Shown here: positions 18,598-28,636 of the stretch, piece after piece | Numbering within the stretch: position 1 is the stretch's first letter | How the letters are laid out: each line of letters begins with the position of its first letter | Source: an uncultured beta proteobacterium | GTDB lineage: Bacteria > Pseudomonadota > Gammaproteobacteria > Burkholderiales > SG8-39 | DNA length: 64,000 bases | Direction: 5' to 3' | Assembly: GCA_963735025.1 (NCBI GenBank) | Contig: CAVTJG010000009.1 | Span: forward strand, 2,052,499 to 2,116,498 | Notes under the pieces: model-generated | Database searches by the model: none | The model's input: only the letters and a program-made list of their open reading frames with translations | Told to the model about the DNA's origin: nothing | Position numbers and translations under genes: made by a program

Positions 18598-18804
18598 ATG
18601 GCAACAGGTACGGTGAAGTGGTTCAACGACGCCAAAGGTTTTGGTTTCATCACCCCCGATGACGGTGGTCCGGATGTCTTCGCGCATTTCTCGGCGATCC
18701 AGGGCGGCGGATTCAAGTCGCTCAAGGAAGGCCAGAAAGTCAGCTTCGAGGTCACCCAGGGTCCGAAGGGCAAGCAGGCCTCCAATATCCAGCCCGCCGC
18801 CTGA
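18598..18804 (+). CDS. Cold-shock protein (CspA family)
   Basis: [32 protein letters not shown] (RNP1/RNP2). Confidence 0.97.
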   Translation: MATGTVKWFNDAKGFGFITPDDGGPDVFAHFSAIQGGGFKSLKEGQKVSFEVTQGPKGKQASNIQPAA

Positions 18805-18955
18805 CGGTGGCACACTGCGGCGACCACCGCCGCTGACCGGACCGCACGCACCGCTGCGCGGTGGATGCGCCCGGCGCACTCGCAGCGAGCGCACGTCGGT
18901 TAGCGCTCGCAAAGTCGCCCGATCGGCTCCAGGCGGAGCCGGTTGAGAAACAGCC

Positions 18956-19987
18956 ATGGACCCACTTGAACTCAGGCCGCTCTGGCGCCACGGACCAGGC
19001 GTGACGCGGCTCGGGCTGGGCGGCGTGCCCTTGGGCGATCCGCATGGGCCGATCGACGAGGCGCGCGCGAACCTCACGATCGAGACGGCGTACGCAAACG
19101 GGGTCAACTACTTCGATACGGCACCCTGGTACGGCATCGGGCGCAGCGAGCACCGCATGGGGCACGTGTTGCGCGGGAAACCGCGTGATCGTTTCGTCGT
19201 CTCGACCAAGGTCGGGCGCGTATTGATCCGGCCGCGCGATGTGTCGGGTCCGGGGCCTTACAGCCAGCGCTGGGCAGGTGGCCTGCCATTCGACCTGCGC
19301 TTCGACTATACGCGCGACGGCGTGCTCCGTTCCTACGAGGACAGCCTGCAACGCCTTGGAATGACACGCGTCGACGCGCTGTTAGTGCACGACCTCGACC
19401 TCAAGTTCCAACAGGACGAGGCCGGAATTGCGGCGCGACTCGAGGAACTCGATCGCGGCGGTGGATTCACCGCACTTGCGGACTTGCGCGAGCGCGGCGA
19501 GATCGGCGCAATCGGCGCCGGGATCAACCACATCGGGATGATCCCGCGCTTTCTCGAGCGCTTCGAGATGGACTTCTTCCTGGTCGCGATGCCCTATACG
19601 CTGCTGGACCAGACCGCGCTGGATGGTGAGCTGCCGCTCTGCCTCGAGCGCAACGTCGCAGTCGTCATCGGAGCCGTGTTCTCTTCCGGGATTCTCGCGC
19701 GACCCACGGAGCCCGGTGCGCAGTACGGCTACAAGCCGGTGGAGCCCGACGTGCGCGAGCGGGTAGCGCGCATCGACGCCGTGTGCCGCCGCCACGGCGT
19801 TCCGATCGGGGCGGCAGCACTCCAGTTCCCGCTCGCGCATCCGGCCGTTTCGAGCGTCATTCCGGGCGCCGACTCGGCCGAACAGGTCCGCACCAACATG
19901 CAGTGGATGCGAATCGCCATTCCGCCGGCGTTCTGGGACGCGCTCAGGGCCGAAAAGCTTATCCGGCACGACGCACCAACGCCCTGA
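18956..19987 (+). CDS. Aldo/keto reductase (D-threo-aldose/pyridoxal dehydrogenase-like)
   Basis: GLGG, YFDTAPWYG, STKVGR, DSLQRLG, AALQFPLAHP. Confidence 0.88.
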   Translation: MDPLELRPLWRHGPGVTRLGLGGVPLGDPHGPIDEARANLTIETAYANGVNYFDTAPWYGIGRSEHRMGHVLRGKPRDRFVVSTKVGRVLIRPRDVSGPGPYSQRWAGGLPFDLRFDYTRDGVLRSYEDSLQRLGMTRVDALLVHDLDLKFQQDEAGIAARLEELDRGGGFTALADLRERGEIGAIGAGINHIGMIPRFLERFEMDFFLVAMPYTLLDQTALDGELPLCLERNVAVVIGAVFSSGILARPTEPGAQYGYKPVEPDVRERVARIDAVCRRHGVPIGAAALQFPLAHPAVSSVIPGADSAEQVRTNMQWMRIAIPPAFWDALRAEKLIRHDAPTP

Positions 19988-20085
19988 TGCACCCTATCAG
20001 GGTCATTGATCGGCAAATCAGAATCGCGGGGTTTTCCGGACCTTAGGCGAATTCTATACTCGCCCCTCATGCTTCTCTCCCCCAA

Positions 20086-22989
20086 ATGAACGCGCCGGTC
20101 GATGCGGCCGTGTCTGCGGCGTCCGCCGCGACGACCCAGGTCAAGACCACGACGTGCTACATGTGCGCCTGCCGCTGCGGGATCCGCGTGCACCTGGTCA
20201 ATGGCAAGGTCCGTTACATAGATGGCAACCCCGCGCACCCTCTCAACCGCGGAGTGATCTGCGCCAAGGGCTCTTCGGGGATCATGAAGCAGTACTCCCC
20301 GGCGCGACTCACGAAGCCGCTGCGGCGCAAACCCGGCGCCGAGCGTGGCGCGGGAGAATTCGAAGCGATCTCGTGGGAGCAGGCATTCGAGATGCTGACC
20401 GAGCGTCTCGCGAAAATTCGCGCGACCGACCCGAAGAAGTTCGCGTTGTTCACCGGGCGGGACCAGATGCAGGCGCTGACCGGGCTCTTCGCGCGCCAGT
20501 TCGGAACGCCGAACTATGCAGCGCACGGCGGCTTCTGCTCGGTGAACATGGCCGCCGGAATGATCTACACGATCGGCGGATCCTTCTGGGAATTCGGCGG
20601 CCCCGATCTGGAGCGCGCCAAGCTGTTCGTGATGATCGGCACCGCGGAGGATCATCACTCCAATCCGCTCAAGATCGCGATCGCGAAATTCAAACGCCGC
20701 GGCGGGCGATTCATCTCCATCAATCCGGTGCGGACCGGATATTCCGCGATCGCCGACGAGTGGGTGCCGATCAAGCCGGGCACCGACGGTGCGCTGCTGC
20801 TCGCGATCATGCACGAGCTGATCGCGAGCGGCCTCTACGATCGCGAGTTCCTGGTGCGCTACTCCAACGCGGGACAGCTTGTACACACGGACGAGAAAGG
20901 CGAGCGTTTCGGCATGCTGGCTGCCGAACCCGGCAAGACCGAGGCGAATCCGGCGTATCCGCAGAACCGCCGTTGGTGGGATCGGCATACCAATCGCGCG
21001 GTTCCGACTCATACCGAGGGCGCGGATCCGTATCTATTCGGGGAGTTCCGGCTCGAGGACGGCGCAACCGTCAAACCCTCGTTCCAGCTGCTCGAGGAGC
21101 GTCTCAAGCAGTACACCCCGGAATGGGCCGAGGGCATCAGCGGTGTGCCGGCCGCAACGATACGTCGACTCGCCCACGAAATGGGCATCACCGCGCGCGA
21201 CGAGAAGATCGAGCTGCCGATTCCGTGGACCGACAGCTGGGGCAAGGAGCACGAAAACGTCGTCGGCAACCCGGTGGCGTTTCACGCGATGCGGGGGCTC
21301 GCCGCGCACTCGAACGGGTTTCAGACCGTTCGCGCACTCGCCATCCTCATGAGCCTGCTCGGCACGATTGACCGACCGGGCGGCTTTCGTCACAAGGCGC
21401 CGTTTCCGCGCGCGATTCCGCCCATGGCGAAGCCGCCGAAGGGGCCGAATGCCGTGCGTCCCGACACGCCGCTCGGGGGGCTCGTGCTCGGCTGGCCCGG
21501 GTCGCCGGAGGATCTTTTCATCGACGCGCAGGGCGAACCGGTGCGCATCGACAAGGCGTTCTCCTGGGAGCATCCGCTCGCCGTGCACGGCCTGATGCAT
21601 AACGTCATCACCAATGCGTGGCGCGGCGATCCGTACCGAATCGATACGCTGCTCATCTTCATGGCGAACATGGCCTGGAACTCGACCATGAACACCGTCG
21701 AAGTGCGCAAGATGCTGAACGATCGGGACGAGAACGGCGAGTACCGGATTCCGTTCCTGGTCGTTTGCGACGCGTTTCATTCAGAGACCGCGGCATTCGC
21801 CGATCTCGTCTTGCCGGACACGAGCTATCTCGAGCGCCACGACGTGATGTCCATGCTGGACCGGCCGATCTCCGAGTTCGACGGCCCGGCCGATTCGGTG
21901 CGCGTGCCAGTGGTGCCGCCGACCGGGGAATGCAAGCCGTTCCAGGAGGTGTTGATCGAGCTCGGCAGCCGGTTGAGATTGCCCGTCTTCGCGAACCGGG
22001 ACGGCAGTCGCAAGTATCGCGACTATCCGGACTTCATCGTCAACTACGAAACCGAGCCGGGGTCCGGTATCGGATTCCTGGCCGGGTGGCGCGGGAAGGG
22101 CGGCGAGCAATTCATGAAGGGCGAGCCGAATCCGCGTCAATGGGAGATGTACGAGCGCAACAACTGCGTGTTTCACTATCGCCTGCCGCTCTCCTACCAG
22201 TACATGCGTAACTGGAACCAGGGCTACACGGAGTGGGCGCAGCGCACGCGCATCCGACGCCACAGCGAGCCGATCCTCATCCATCTCTACTCCGAGGTGC
22301 TGCAGCGGTTCCGGCGAGCCGCCGAGGGCAAGGGCGACGGGCGCAAGCCGCCCGAGCGCCTGCGCGAACGGATCGCGACCTACTTCGATCCGCTGCCGTT
22401 CTACTACACGCCGCTCGAGGTGCAGGTCACCGACACGCGCAAGTATCCGCTCGCTGCGATCACGCAGCGGCCGATGGCGATGTACCACTCCTGGGATTCC
22501 CAGAACGCGTGGCTGCGGCAGATTCACACTCACAACTACCTCTTCGTGAACCCGCGCACCGCGCGCCTGGAAGGCATCGCGGACGATGACTGGATCTGGG
22601 TCGAATCGCAGTGGGGAAAGGTCCGCTGCATGTGCCGGTACTCGGAGGCGGTCGAGCCCGCCACGGTATGGACGTGGAACGCGATCGGGAAGGCGTCCGG
22701 CGCGTGGGGCCTCGCGCCGGATGCGAACGAGTCGCGCAAGGGGTTCCTGCTCAATCATCTCATCGCCGATGAGCTTCCCGGCGGTCCGGACGGCGCGCGA
22801 TTCTCGAACTCCGATCCGATCACCGGCCAGGCCGGATGGTACGACGTGCGCGTGCGGATCTTCAAGGCGGACGAGGATGAGGCACGGGAAACCTGGCCCC
22901 AGTTCAAGCCGATCAGCGCCTTTCCCGGGATGTCCGGGATCAGAAAGCTCTGGCTGGCGTACGTCGCCGCCGGTGGAGACGCCAAGTGA
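20086..22989 (+). CDS. soeA: Sulfite:quinone oxidoreductase molybdopterin subunit
   Basis: TTCYMCACRCG 4Fe-4S motif, FTGRDQMQALTG, AHGGFCSVNM, MYHSWDSQNAWLRQIH; no Tat signal; followed by FeS and DmsC-type subunits. Confidence 0.93.
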   Translation: MNAPVDAAVSAASAATTQVKTTTCYMCACRCGIRVHLVNGKVRYIDGNPAHPLNRGVICAKGSSGIMKQYSPARLTKPLRRKPGAERGAGEFEAISWEQAFEMLTERLAKIRATDPKKFALFTGRDQMQALTGLFARQFGTPNYAAHGGFCSVNMAAGMIYTIGGSFWEFGGPDLERAKLFVMIGTAEDHHSNPLKIAIAKFKRRGGRFISINPVRTGYSAIADEWVPIKPGTDGALLLAIMHELIASGLYDREFLVRYSNAGQLVHTDEKGERFGMLAAEPGKTEANPAYPQNRRWWDRHTNRAVPTHTEGADPYLFGEFRLEDGATVKPSFQLLEERLKQYTPEWAEGISGVPAATIRRLAHEMGITARDEKIELPIPWTDSWGKEHENVVGNPVAFHAMRGLAAHSNGFQTVRALAILMSLLGTIDRPGGFRHKAPFPRAIPPMAKPPKGPNAVRPDTPLGGLVLGWPGSPEDLFIDAQGEPVRIDKAFSWEHPLAVHGLMHNVITNAWRGDPYRIDTLLIFMANMAWNSTMNTVEVRKMLNDRDENGEYRIPFLVVCDAFHSETAAFADLVLPDTSYLERHDVMSMLDRPISEFDGPADSVRVPVVPPTGECKPFQEVLIELGSRLRLPVFANRDGSRKYRDYPDFIVNYETEPGSGIGFLAGWRGKGGEQFMKGEPNPRQWEMYERNNCVFHYRLPLSYQYMRNWNQGYTEWAQRTRIRRHSEPILIHLYSEVLQRFRRAAEGKGDGRKPPERLRERIATYFDPLPFYYTPLEVQVTDTRKYPLAAITQRPMAMYHSWDSQNAWLRQIHTHNYLFVNPRTARLEGIADDDWIWVESQWGKVRCMCRYSEAVEPATVWTWNAIGKASGAWGLAPDANESRKGFLLNHLIADELPGGPDGARFSNSDPITGQAGWYDVRVRIFKADEDEARETWPQFKPISAFPGMSGIRKLWLAYVAAGGDAK

Positions 22990-23065
22990 CCCAGCTCGAG
23001 GTAAAAGGGAACGCTCGCTGTGACTCAGCTCGAGGCAAAGGAACGCTCGCTGTGACTCAGCTCGC
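22986..23065 (+). repeat. Triplicated translation-start segment at the soeA/soeB junction
   Basis: GTGACYCAGCTCG starts at 22986, 23020 and 23052; the two full units are 34 and 32 bp. Confidence 0.9.
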
Positions 23066-23783
23066 GTTGGTGATCGACCTCAACGTGTGTGTGGGCTGCC
23101 ATGCGTGCGTGACGAGCTGCAAGGAATGGAACACGTCCGGGTCTGCGGGAAGCCTGTCCGACGAGCGCCCGTACGATGCCGACCCGACCGGCACGTTCTT
23201 CAATCGCGTGCAGTCCTTCGAGGTCGGCGAGTACCCGAACACCCAGACCGTGCACTTTCCGAAGTCGTGCCTGCATTGCGAGGATCCGCCTTGCGTGCCA
23301 GTGTGCCCGACCGGCGCGAGCTACAAGCGGGCCGAGGACGGGATCGTGCTGGTCGACTACGACAAGTGCATCGGCTGCAAGTACTGCTCGTGGGCGTGCC
23401 CGTACGGCGTGCGCGAGGTCGACGAGCGCCAGAAGGTCATGAAGAAGTGCACGCTGTGCGTGGATCGCGTCTACGACGAGGCGTTGCCCGCGGCAGAGCG
23501 CAAGCCGGCGTGCGTGATGGCGTGTCCCACCAACGCGCGGCTGTTCGGTGACGTGCACGAACCAGAATCCGAGGTTTCGAGGGCGATTCGCGACCGGGGC
23601 GGCTACCAGCTCATGCCCGAATGGGGCACACATCCCGCGAATCACTATCTCCCGCGCCGCAAGACCGAGGTCGCGATTCATGCGGACGAGCTGGTGCGGG
23701 CGGACAATCCGCTCAAGGTCGACGGCAAGCTGCCCAAACCGTCCCTCAAAGAGCCGGCGCTGGACGACGTGACCTCGTGGTGA
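23052..23783 (+). CDS. soeB: SoeB iron-sulfur subunit (alternative in-frame start 22986)
   Basis: CVGCHACVTSC, CLHCEDPPCVPVCP, CIGCKYCSWACP, KCTLC. Confidence 0.92.
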   Translation: MTQLALVIDLNVCVGCHACVTSCKEWNTSGSAGSLSDERPYDADPTGTFFNRVQSFEVGEYPNTQTVHFPKSCLHCEDPPCVPVCPTGASYKRAEDGIVLVDYDKCIGCKYCSWACPYGVREVDERQKVMKKCTLCVDRVYDEALPAAERKPACVMACPTNARLFGDVHEPESEVSRAIRDRGGYQLMPEWGTHPANHYLPRRKTEVAIHADELVRADNPLKVDGKLPKPSLKEPALDDVTSW

Positions 23784-23787
23784 GCGG

Positions 23788-24768
23788 ATGAATCCCGCGT
23801 TTTCCGTCATTTTTCTCACGACGTTGATCGGCGCTGGCCAGGGGCTCGTGCTCGCGCTTTATACCGTCGAGGTGTACAGCCTGTTCGACGTGCTCCCTGC
23901 TCAGGCTGATCGTGCGTTCTACGCGGTGGGAAGCGCGGTGGCGCTCGCTCTGCTCACGCTGGGGCTCGCGGCGTCGTTCTTTCACCTCGGGCGTCCCGAG
24001 CGCAGCTGGCGATCGGCCACGCGCTGGCGCACATCATGGCTGTCGCGCGAGGTGATCGTGCTCCCGGCCTTCATGGGCGCCGTGGCGCTCTACGGCGCGG
24101 CGCATTGGTACGGCTGGAACGCACCCGCAGCGTCGTTCGGTGCATCGCTCAGGGTCGGACCGTCGGTCGTGATCGGCGCAGCGACGGCGCTGCTCGCGGT
24201 CGCTCTGTTCATTTGCACGGGCATGGTCTACGCGTGCATCAAGTTTCTGCAGGAGTGGGCGACTTCGCTGACCGTGATCAACTACGCTCTGCTCGGCACG
24301 GCATCGGGATTCATGATCGCCACATTGTTTGCCGCGTTCACGGCGCCCGATCTGGTTGGATTCTTCGGCGGGTGGGCGGCAATCTTTACCGGCGTCGCGC
24401 TCGTGACGCGTGCCGCATCGCTCGTTCGCAACGCGCGGCTCAAGCCGAAGTCGACCTTGCAGACGGCGATCGGCGTAAAACATCCCCGCATCGTGCAGAC
24501 GGCACAGGGCTTCATGGGCGGTTCGTTCAATACGCGGGAGTTCTTCCACGGGCGCACGCGCGCGGTCCTGCGTGCGGTCAAATGGTCGTTCCTCGCCCTC
24601 GTGTTCCCGGTGCCGCTGATCATGCTGGCGGCGGGGGTGGCCCTGGATTCCTGGATGCTGATCGGGCTCGCTTGCGTCGTCCAGTATGCCGGGCTGCTGG
24701 CGGAACGATGGTTCTTTCTCGCTCAGGCCAATCACCCGCAAAATCTTTACTATCAGTCCATTGCGTGA
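23788..24768 (+). CDS. soeC: SoeC DmsC/NrfD-type membrane anchor
   Basis: MNPAFSVIFLTT, SFFHLGRPER, SWLSRE, ERWFFLAQANHPQNLYY. Confidence 0.92.
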   Translation: MNPAFSVIFLTTLIGAGQGLVLALYTVEVYSLFDVLPAQADRAFYAVGSAVALALLTLGLAASFFHLGRPERSWRSATRWRTSWLSREVIVLPAFMGAVALYGAAHWYGWNAPAASFGASLRVGPSVVIGAATALLAVALFICTGMVYACIKFLQEWATSLTVINYALLGTASGFMIATLFAAFTAPDLVGFFGGWAAIFTGVALVTRAASLVRNARLKPKSTLQTAIGVKHPRIVQTAQGFMGGSFNTREFFHGRTRAVLRAVKWSFLALVFPVPLIMLAAGVALDSWMLIGLACVVQYAGLLAERWFFLAQANHPQNLYYQSIA

Positions 24769-24974
24769 GCAGATTGAGCATTTGCGGCGGGCTGTTGAGA
24801 TAATATAATGGCTTGCTAATATACTGTTCCCGACATTTCGTGGAGTTCCATGCGCGGGGCGCGCTGGAGGGAGTTGCGCGATCGCATTGATGGACCTGCG
24901 GTATCGGCTTATATAGGGGTGTTGGTTACGCAAGTTCACGTGAGACGCACAACGATACGTACAAAGGAGTGAGC

Positions 24975-25202
24975 ATGGAATTCGACAAGGAACTGGATGC
25001 GCGCGGCTTGAACTGCCCATTGCCCATCCTGCGCGCGAAGAAGGCGCTTACCGATATGAGCAGCGGACAGATTTTGCGGATCGTGGCAACCGATCCGGGC
25101 TCGGTGAAGGACTTTCAGGCGTTCTCCAAGCAGACCGGGAACGACTTGCTCGAGCATTCCGAGGCGAACAAGGAGTTCACCTTCTTCATGAAGAAAAGAT
25201 AG
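24975..25202 (+). CDS. tusA: Sulfur carrier TusA
   Basis: ELDARGLNCPLPIL, ATDPGSVKDF; AAGGAG upstream. Confidence 0.95.
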   Translation: MEFDKELDARGLNCPLPILRAKKALTDMSSGQILRIVATDPGSVKDFQAFSKQTGNDLLEHSEANKEFTFFMKKR

Positions 25203-25228
25203 TTATCCGTCAGGGCTGACGGATAACT
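25201..25228. other. Near-perfect palindrome directly after tusA
   Basis: AGTTATCCGTCAG-gg-CTGACGGATAACT; no U-tract follows. Confidence 0.75.
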
Positions 25229-25367
25229 GCCCGCGTTGAGCGTCGTGTGTTCCGACGCTCAACGCGGGCGGGACCGCGAGCCGGACACGCGTGGAGCATG
25301 TTCGGTAGCGTAAGCGGCTGCGCAAAAGTCCGGATTCCGGAAACCGAAGGCGTAATCGGAGACTGCA

Positions 25368-26072
25368 ATGGCGACCTACGCGGACATGACGGAAATTTTC
25401 GAGGACATCAAGTCCGATTTCCGCTATGAGCACGAGCTGAACGGATGCCTGAACTGCGGCATCTGCACGGCGACGTGCCCGTCCGCGCAGTTCTACGACT
25501 ACAGTCCGCGCGAGATCGTCCAGCTTCTCTGGACGGAGAACGTCGAGCAGATCTACGACGCGATGCAGGAGAAGATCTGGGCCTGCGCCCAATGCATGAC
25601 CTGCGCCGCGCGATGCCCGTTCAAGAATTCGCCCGGCGGGCTCGTGGCGATCATGCGCGAGGTGGCGATCAAGCACGGCATGCAGTCGGCGAAAGACGTG
25701 CTGCGGCCGTTCGGGCGTGTGATGCTGAAGCTGATCACCACGGGAAACCAGCTCTCGCCCGACATGATCCAGCCGGACCACTTCCCGGACTGGGGACCCA
25801 ACATCCAGAAGGTCGCAGGCGACCTGAAGATCCTGCGCAAGGCGATTCCCATGAAGACCTTGCAGACCACGGACACCGCGTGGGAGGTCTCCATCAAGAC
25901 ATCCGTCGAGATGTACACGATCTGGGAGATGACCGGCGTCCTGAAGCAGCTCGAGACCATGGACGAAAATCTATACGACGTCATCGTGGACTTCATCGAA
26001 GAGAAGCGTGAAGAGTACGAGGACTGGCTCGAAGAGCACGAAGAGCACGAAGAGCACGAAGAGGACGCGTGA
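25368..26072 (+). CDS. shdrC1: Sulfur-oxidising heterodisulfide reductase-like subunit C1
   Basis: CLNCGICTATCP and CAQCMTCAARCP; first gene of the C1-B1-A-H-C2-B2 order. Confidence 0.92.
   Translation: MATYADMTEIFEDIKSDFRYEHELNGCLNCGICTATCPSAQFYDYSPREIVQLLWTENVEQIYDAMQEKIWACAQCMTCAARCPFKNSPGGLVAIMREVAIKHGMQSAKDVLRPFGRVMLKLITTGNQLSPDMIQPDHFPDWGPNIQKVAGDLKILRKAIPMKTLQTTDTAWEVSIKTSVEMYTIWEMTGVLKQLETMDENLYDVIVDFIEEKREEYEDWLEEHEEHEEHEEDA
26031..26063 (+). repeat. 9-bp coding tandem repeat (GAAGAGCAC)x3 giving EEHEEHEEH at the sHdrC1 C-terminus
   Basis: Read directly from the sequence. Confidence 0.9.
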
Positions 26073-26109
26073 CGTCCCGGACACCGCACCGAACCCAGGA
26101 GTAGATCCA

Positions 26110-27477
26110 ATGACCGAACCGACCAATCCAATCAATCCCGCGGACCCCGCGCAAGCCGCGCGGGGAATCGCCGGCCACGGCGCTTTCTTTCAGCCGACGG
26201 ACCTTTCGCCCGAGGAAGCCGAGAAGGCAACCGAGTGGGTCCGCAAGCAGGTCGACCGGCGCACCGCCGATCTGGGCGAACGCATGGACGACGTGCGCGA
26301 GCACATGTGGGAGCTCGAAAAGGACGGCGAGATCATCGTTCACCGGATTACCGACGCGCACAAGCCGGTGATTGCCAAGACGCTCTTCGGCTGGGACAAG
26401 CGGATCCCCACTGCGCAGCTCTGGCACCACAAGTCGTGCGGCCAGTGCGGGAACATTCCGGGCTATCCGACATCGCTGCTCTGGACCATGAACGGGCTCG
26501 GCATGGTGCCCGGGAAGGACTATCTCGACGAGACGGATCAGACGTCTTGCACCGCCTGGAATTATCACGGGTCGGGGATCGGCAACGTCGAGTCGCTGGC
26601 GGCCGTGTTCCTGAGAAACTTCCACCAGGCATACGTGTCCGGCAAGCGGCTGGGGCATGAGCCCGGTCACTTCTTCCCGCTGGTCCACTGTGCGACCTCG
26701 TTCGGTAACTACAAGGAGATCCGCAAGTACCTGATCGAGTCCGCACCGTTGCGCGAGCGCGTCAAGAAGATCCTCGCCAAGCTCGGCCGGCTGGTGGACG
26801 GAAAGATCGTGCTGCCCGAGGAGGTCGTGCACTACTCGGACTGGGTGCACGTCATGCGGAACGACATCGCCAGCAAGCTGCAGAAGATCGACGTCTCCGA
26901 CATGCGCGTCACGGTGCACATGGCGTGCCACTACTCGAAGATGGTGCACGAGGACGCGATCTACGATACCGATGTGCTCGGCGGGAATCGCGCGGCGACC
27001 GGGACCGGCATCGCGCAGGCCCTCGGTGCGCAGGTGATCGATTACTCGACCTGGTACGACTGCTGCGGCTTCGGCTTCCGGCACATCATCTCGGAGCGCG
27101 AGTTCACGCGCTCGTTCACGATCGACCGCAAGATCAAGGTGGCGCGCGAGGAGGCGAACGCCGACATGATGCTCGGGATCGACACGGGGTGCGTCACGAC
27201 CATGGACAAGAACCAGTGGATCGGCAAGGCGCACGAGCAGTCCTACACGATGCCGATCATGGCCGACATCCAGTTCGCGGCGCTGGCATGCGGCGCCGAT
27301 CCCTTCAAGATCGTCCAGCTGCAGTGGCACGCGAGCCCGTGCGAGGACGTCGTGGAGAAAATGGGGATTTCCTGGAGCGACGCCAAGCGGCGCTTCGAGG
27401 CGTACCTGGAAGAGGTCAAGGCGGGCAGGATCGAGTATCTGTACGACCCGAAGCTTGCGGCCAGCGCGGCCGCGTAG
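26110..27477 (+). CDS. shdrB1: sHdr subunit B1
   Basis: HKSCGQC, QTSCTAWNYHG, HCATSFG, YDCCGFG, CCG-like domains. Confidence 0.92.
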   Translation: MTEPTNPINPADPAQAARGIAGHGAFFQPTDLSPEEAEKATEWVRKQVDRRTADLGERMDDVREHMWELEKDGEIIVHRITDAHKPVIAKTLFGWDKRIPTAQLWHHKSCGQCGNIPGYPTSLLWTMNGLGMVPGKDYLDETDQTSCTAWNYHGSGIGNVESLAAVFLRNFHQAYVSGKRLGHEPGHFFPLVHCATSFGNYKEIRKYLIESAPLRERVKKILAKLGRLVDGKIVLPEEVVHYSDWVHVMRNDIASKLQKIDVSDMRVTVHMACHYSKMVHEDAIYDTDVLGGNRAATGTGIAQALGAQVIDYSTWYDCCGFGFRHIISEREFTRSFTIDRKIKVAREEANADMMLGIDTGCVTTMDKNQWIGKAHEQSYTMPIMADIQFAALACGADPFKIVQLQWHASPCEDVVEKMGISWSDAKRRFEAYLEEVKAGRIEYLYDPKLAASAAA

Positions 27478-27513
27478 CGCGGAATCGAATGAATCGCGAG
27501 GAGCGGAGCGTGC

Positions 27514-28566
27514 ATGAGTGATGCGGTGCTAGTCGTCGGCGGCGGGCCTACCGGTCTCGCCGCTGCACACGGGGTGGCTTCGATCGGCCGGCGCGTGGTG
27601 CTGGTGGAAAAGCAGGACACGCTGGGCGGCGCGCCCATCCTGTCCGGGTATGCGAAGCTCGTTCCGTCGGGAGAGTGGGCGAAGGACGCGATCGGGCGCA
27701 TGGTCAAGCGGGTCGAGGAGTCGTCGCTGGTCGAGATCCACAAGGGAACCCGGGTGACGTCGCTCGCCGGTGACGCGGGAAATTTTTCCGCCACGCTCGC
27801 GAACGGCAAGACGGTTCAGGCGGGCGCCGTCATTCTCGGTACCGGCTTCACGCACTTCGACTCGATCAACAAGCCCGAATGGGGCTTCGGCACCTACCCC
27901 GACGTCGTCACGACAACGCAGGTCGAGCAGATGGTCGGTGCCGGCAAGATCGCGTGCCCGTCCGACGGGCGCACCCCCGAGCGCGTGTGCATCCTGCTGT
28001 GCGTGGGCTCGCGCGACCGCCAGATCGGGCGCGAATGGTGCTCCAAGATCTGCTGCACCGTCTCCATCAATCTCGCGATGGAGATCAGGGAGCTCTCGCC
28101 CGAGACCGACGTCTACATCTACTACATGGACATCCGGACGTTCGGCCTGTACGAGGACAAGTTCTACTGGAAATCGCAGGAAGAGTTCAAGACCAAGTAC
28201 GTGAAGGCGCGGATCGCCGAAGTGACGATGGCGCCGGACGGCAAGCGCCTGCTCGTCAAGGGCGAGGATACGCTGGTGAAGCGCCCGATCGTGATTCCGT
28301 TCGATCTCGTGGTGCACGCGATCGGCATGGATCCGAACGAGGACAATCCCCAGATCGCCAAGGTGTTCGGCGTCGGCCTGGAGAAGCACGGCTTCATCGA
28401 CCGCGGCGAGCAGTACACCAGCACGTTCTCGAGCACACGCCGTGGAATCTACGTCGGCGGTGCCGCGCTCGCGCCCGAAGACATCGACACGTCGATCTCG
28501 CACGGGCTGGCGATGGCGATGCGGGCGGTCGGAGACCTCAACGTGAGTGCAAAGGTGGCCGCATGA
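27514..28566 (+). CDS. shdrA: sHdr subunit A (short flavoprotein)
   Basis: VVGGGPTG, CVGSRDRQIGREWCSKICC, YMDIRTFG; 350 aa with no ferredoxin inserts. Confidence 0.95.
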   Translation: MSDAVLVVGGGPTGLAAAHGVASIGRRVVLVEKQDTLGGAPILSGYAKLVPSGEWAKDAIGRMVKRVEESSLVEIHKGTRVTSLAGDAGNFSATLANGKTVQAGAVILGTGFTHFDSINKPEWGFGTYPDVVTTTQVEQMVGAGKIACPSDGRTPERVCILLCVGSRDRQIGREWCSKICCTVSINLAMEIRELSPETDVYIYYMDIRTFGLYEDKFYWKSQEEFKTKYVKARIAEVTMAPDGKRLLVKGEDTLVKRPIVIPFDLVVHAIGMDPNEDNPQIAKVFGVGLEKHGFIDRGEQYTSTFSSTRRGIYVGGAALAPEDIDTSISHGLAMAMRAVGDLNVSAKVAA

Positions 28567-28636
28567 AGGTGCCGTGCGAGGCGTTAAATCTGCACGGGTT
28601 GGCGATGGCGATGGCGATGCGGGCGGTCGGAGACCT
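28501..28636 (+). repeat. Direct repeat of the shdrA 3' segment
   Basis: CACGGGCTGGCGATGGCGATGCGGGCGGTCGGAGACCT (28501-28538) recurs at 28593-28636 with one substitution and one extra GCGATG. Confidence 0.9.

Noticed and set aside
6191-20085. Mobile element or genomic island between apr and soe
   Set aside because: Gene content is mosaic, but I saw no integrase, transposase, tRNA or flanking direct repeats.
22986-23065. Mini CRISPR array (also considered for 63184-63264)
   Set aside because: The units are adjacent tandem duplications without unique spacers, and no cas genes are present.
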